DNA from: a virus
Taxonomy: Duplodnaviria > Caudoviricetes
Virus record (IMG/VR): IMGVR_UViG_3300032303_002011
Span: 1 to 39,086 of that record
Length of the DNA: 39,086 nt
Direction: 5' to 3' (one strand)
A program made the translations under genes and the position numbers. The notes under the pieces were generated by a model. That model was not told where the DNA came from, made no database searches, and saw only the letters and a program-made list of their open reading frames with translations. This document shows, piece after piece, positions 37,496 to 39,086 of the stretch (position 1 is the stretch's first letter; every line of letters starts with the position of its first letter).

Positions 37496-37825
37496 ATGAA
37501 AAAGCCATACACCAAAATCACCCTAGAAAATACAGCCCTACAAGAAGTCATGATGACGCTCGCCAAAATCCTTGCCAAGAGTGCGGTGGACAAGTCGTTT
37601 CCCCAAGATGCTCGGATTGCCTTCATGAAGCTCAACAACCTCATGGCTTTCCTTCTTCTGTCTGGCGAGAAGTTCAACACTCTTTACGACCTAATTGCCA
37701 TCAGCGTTCTAGAGAATCATCCCGAGGCTGAGAACGAGCCATCCGAGCTAAAGAAATACCGAGAAAAGTCGAGGGTCATGCAAAAGGACTATTACGAAAT
37801 GATGAGACGGGCTTCCGGAGGATGA
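37496..37825 (+). CDS. Hypothetical helical protein
   Basis: 109 aa; ATGA-coupled to the HNH gene. Confidence 0.6.
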   Translation: MKKPYTKITLENTALQEVMMTLAKILAKSAVDKSFPQDARIAFMKLNNLMAFLLLSGEKFNTLYDLIAISVLENHPEAENEPSELKKYREKSRVMQKDYYEMMRRASGG

Positions 37826-38127
37826 AGAGAAAATGCTTCCTAAGAAGAAAAACACCTCTCAAGAGGTCGGGCAGACTTCGACCTTTTACCCAGAAGCGGA
37901 AGGCTGGGCTGGATCTTTATCGGAAACTTCGAGTGGAATACCTGACAGCAAATCCCCTATGTCACATTTGCGGGGGGCCGGCGAACCAGATTCACCACAA
38001 ACGGGGGCGTATCACTTGGAGGCTCTGCGCCGAGAAATTCTTCATGGCGATATGCCAAGAGTGTCACATGAGGATACACGCAAACGGAAAGTGGGCTCGG
38101 GCAAAAGGCTATATCTTGGAGGCCTAA
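37822..38127 (+). CDS. HNH-family endonuclease
   Basis: CHICG....IHHKRGR..ICQECH..IH with basic N-terminus. Confidence 0.8.
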   Translation: MKRKCFLRRKTPLKRSGRLRPFTQKRKAGLDLYRKLRVEYLTANPLCHICGGPANQIHHKRGRITWRLCAEKFFMAICQECHMRIHANGKWARAKGYILEA

Positions 38128-38528
38128 TAGCCCTTTTTCTGGCTCCCCTTGGGGCTAACCCCTCCCCTGCTGACAAACCCCCCGCCCCTCCCCTTCCCAA
38201 GAAGCTTGTAAGGCTTACTGCCTACTGGAGGGGGCAAGACTACTACACCAACAGGGGGCAATCCTCATCCGGAGCTAGGCTTGTGTCTGGCAAATCGTGT
38301 GCCGTTGACCCAAGGCTATTCCCTTACGGCACGACCATCCTCATTAAAGGCCGTGAATTTAAGGCCGTAGACACGGGTACAGCTGTGGTTAACCGCAAGT
38401 CGGAGTGGTCAAAGCCAGCTGGTAAGCGACTTCCTGTGGTGGATCTGTTCTTCAAAAGCGAGAAAGAGGCCGAGCGGATGCTGGCTTCCCTGCCCAAATA
38501 CGTCGAAGTCGAGTATCGCAAACAATAG
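38091..38528 (+). CDS. 3D-domain (MltA-like) peptidoglycan-active protein with signal/TM segment
   Basis: LTAYW..CAVDPRLFPYGT..AVDTGTAV..VDLFF (three Asp); probable GTG start near 38091 ahead of LYLGGLIALFLAPLGA. Confidence 0.8.
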   Translation: MGSGKRLYLGGLIALFLAPLGANPSPADKPPAPPLPKKLVRLTAYWRGQDYYTNRGQSSSGARLVSGKSCAVDPRLFPYGTTILIKGREFKAVDTGTAVVNRKSEWSKPAGKRLPVVDLFFKSEKEAERMLASLPKYVEVEYRKQ

Positions 38529-38541
38529 GACTAATTGAGGC

Positions 38542-38730
38542 ATGAGCTTACTTAACAAAACACACGTTAAACGCAGGGCATTGTTCTATTCGTCAGATAC
38601 CCGAGGCGGGAAGTTCACAAGAGTCTCAAACTCGTTCCTGTCCGACCTAGAGCTGGCCCTGGACAACCTTATTCGAGCCAAGATTCGGTCACATCCAAGC
38701 AGGGGCAAAACTCTTATGGGAGGTCAATGA
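38542..38730 (+). CDS. Putative histone-fold protein
   Basis: LLNKTHVKRRAL / RVS / NSFLSDLELALDNLIRAKI / RGKTL matches alpha1-L1-alpha2-L2 of prokaryotic histones. Confidence 0.55.
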   Translation: MSLLNKTHVKRRALFYSSDTRGGKFTRVSNSFLSDLELALDNLIRAKIRSHPSRGKTLMGGQ

Positions 38731-38805
38731 TCCCCCAAGACATTTGGGATAAATGGATAGCCGTAAGACGAGAAGACTTCTTAAACAACCTAGAAAGGGA
38801 AATAC

Positions 38806-39086
38806 ATGAGCTACGACATTATAGACACCCCAAACCCGATCCTTGCGGTCAACTGGATTCGGGACAACGCAGTATCACTTGCGAAGGCCAAGGCCAACAG
38901 GGTCTATCTGGAGGAGTTCCGGAAGACCAAAAAAGCCCTGCTTATGCAAGAGGTGGCGCAAAAGTTCCCAGCTTTCGCCGCTCAAGAAAGGGAGGCCTAC
39001 GCACACAAAGAGTATCAAGACCTAATCTTGGGGCTCAAAGAGGCCGTGGAAGAGGAAGAAAAGCTCAAGTGGCAGATGACAGCCGC
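38806..39086 (+). CDS. Conserved helical phage protein, 3'-truncated (not in ORF track)
   Basis: MSYDII..AKAKANRVYLEEFRKTKKALLM..AAQEREAYAH.EY..L..GLKEAVEEEEKLKW runs off the window; AGGGA upstream. Confidence 0.75.
   Translation, partial: MSYDIIDTPNPILAVNWIRDNAVSLAKAKANRVYLEEFRKTKKALLMQEVAQKFPAFAAQEREAYAHKEYQDLILGLKEAVEEEEKLKWQMTA

Noticed and set aside
37833-38090. N-terminal extension of the 3D-domain ORF
   Set aside because: Overlaps the HNH gene almost entirely; the signal-like segment begins near 38091.

Overview
A 39 kb piece of a tailed dsDNA bacteriophage genome with a podovirus-like gene set; a lipoprotein spanin implies a diderm host. The + strand (1-28026) carries the virion and lysis genes: a 5'-truncated >3600-aa polyvalent/ejection-type protein, portal, fibre-like genes, scaffold, N4-gp56-like major capsid, two adaptors, three Ser-rich genes, holins, spanin, CHAP endolysin and a metallophosphoesterase cluster. 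The - strand (28027-36626) is a replication/recombination operon: glycosyltransferases, two DnaA-domain-IV proteins, initiator, RusA, PD-(D/E)XK nuclease and an annealing protein. A divergent control region with twin palindromes precedes an RHH gene, followed by HNH, 3D-domain and histone-fold-like genes. I recognised no large terminase, polymerase, integrase, tRNA or CRISPR array. Top observation: the three Ser-rich genes (22813-24846) have a strict two-residue register, two of them have an exactly conserved spacer length, and they carry complementary halves of one small domain, suggesting a split ~130-residue beta-hairpin that builds a long beta-barrel tube. Family assignments come from motif recognition by eye, not from database searches.
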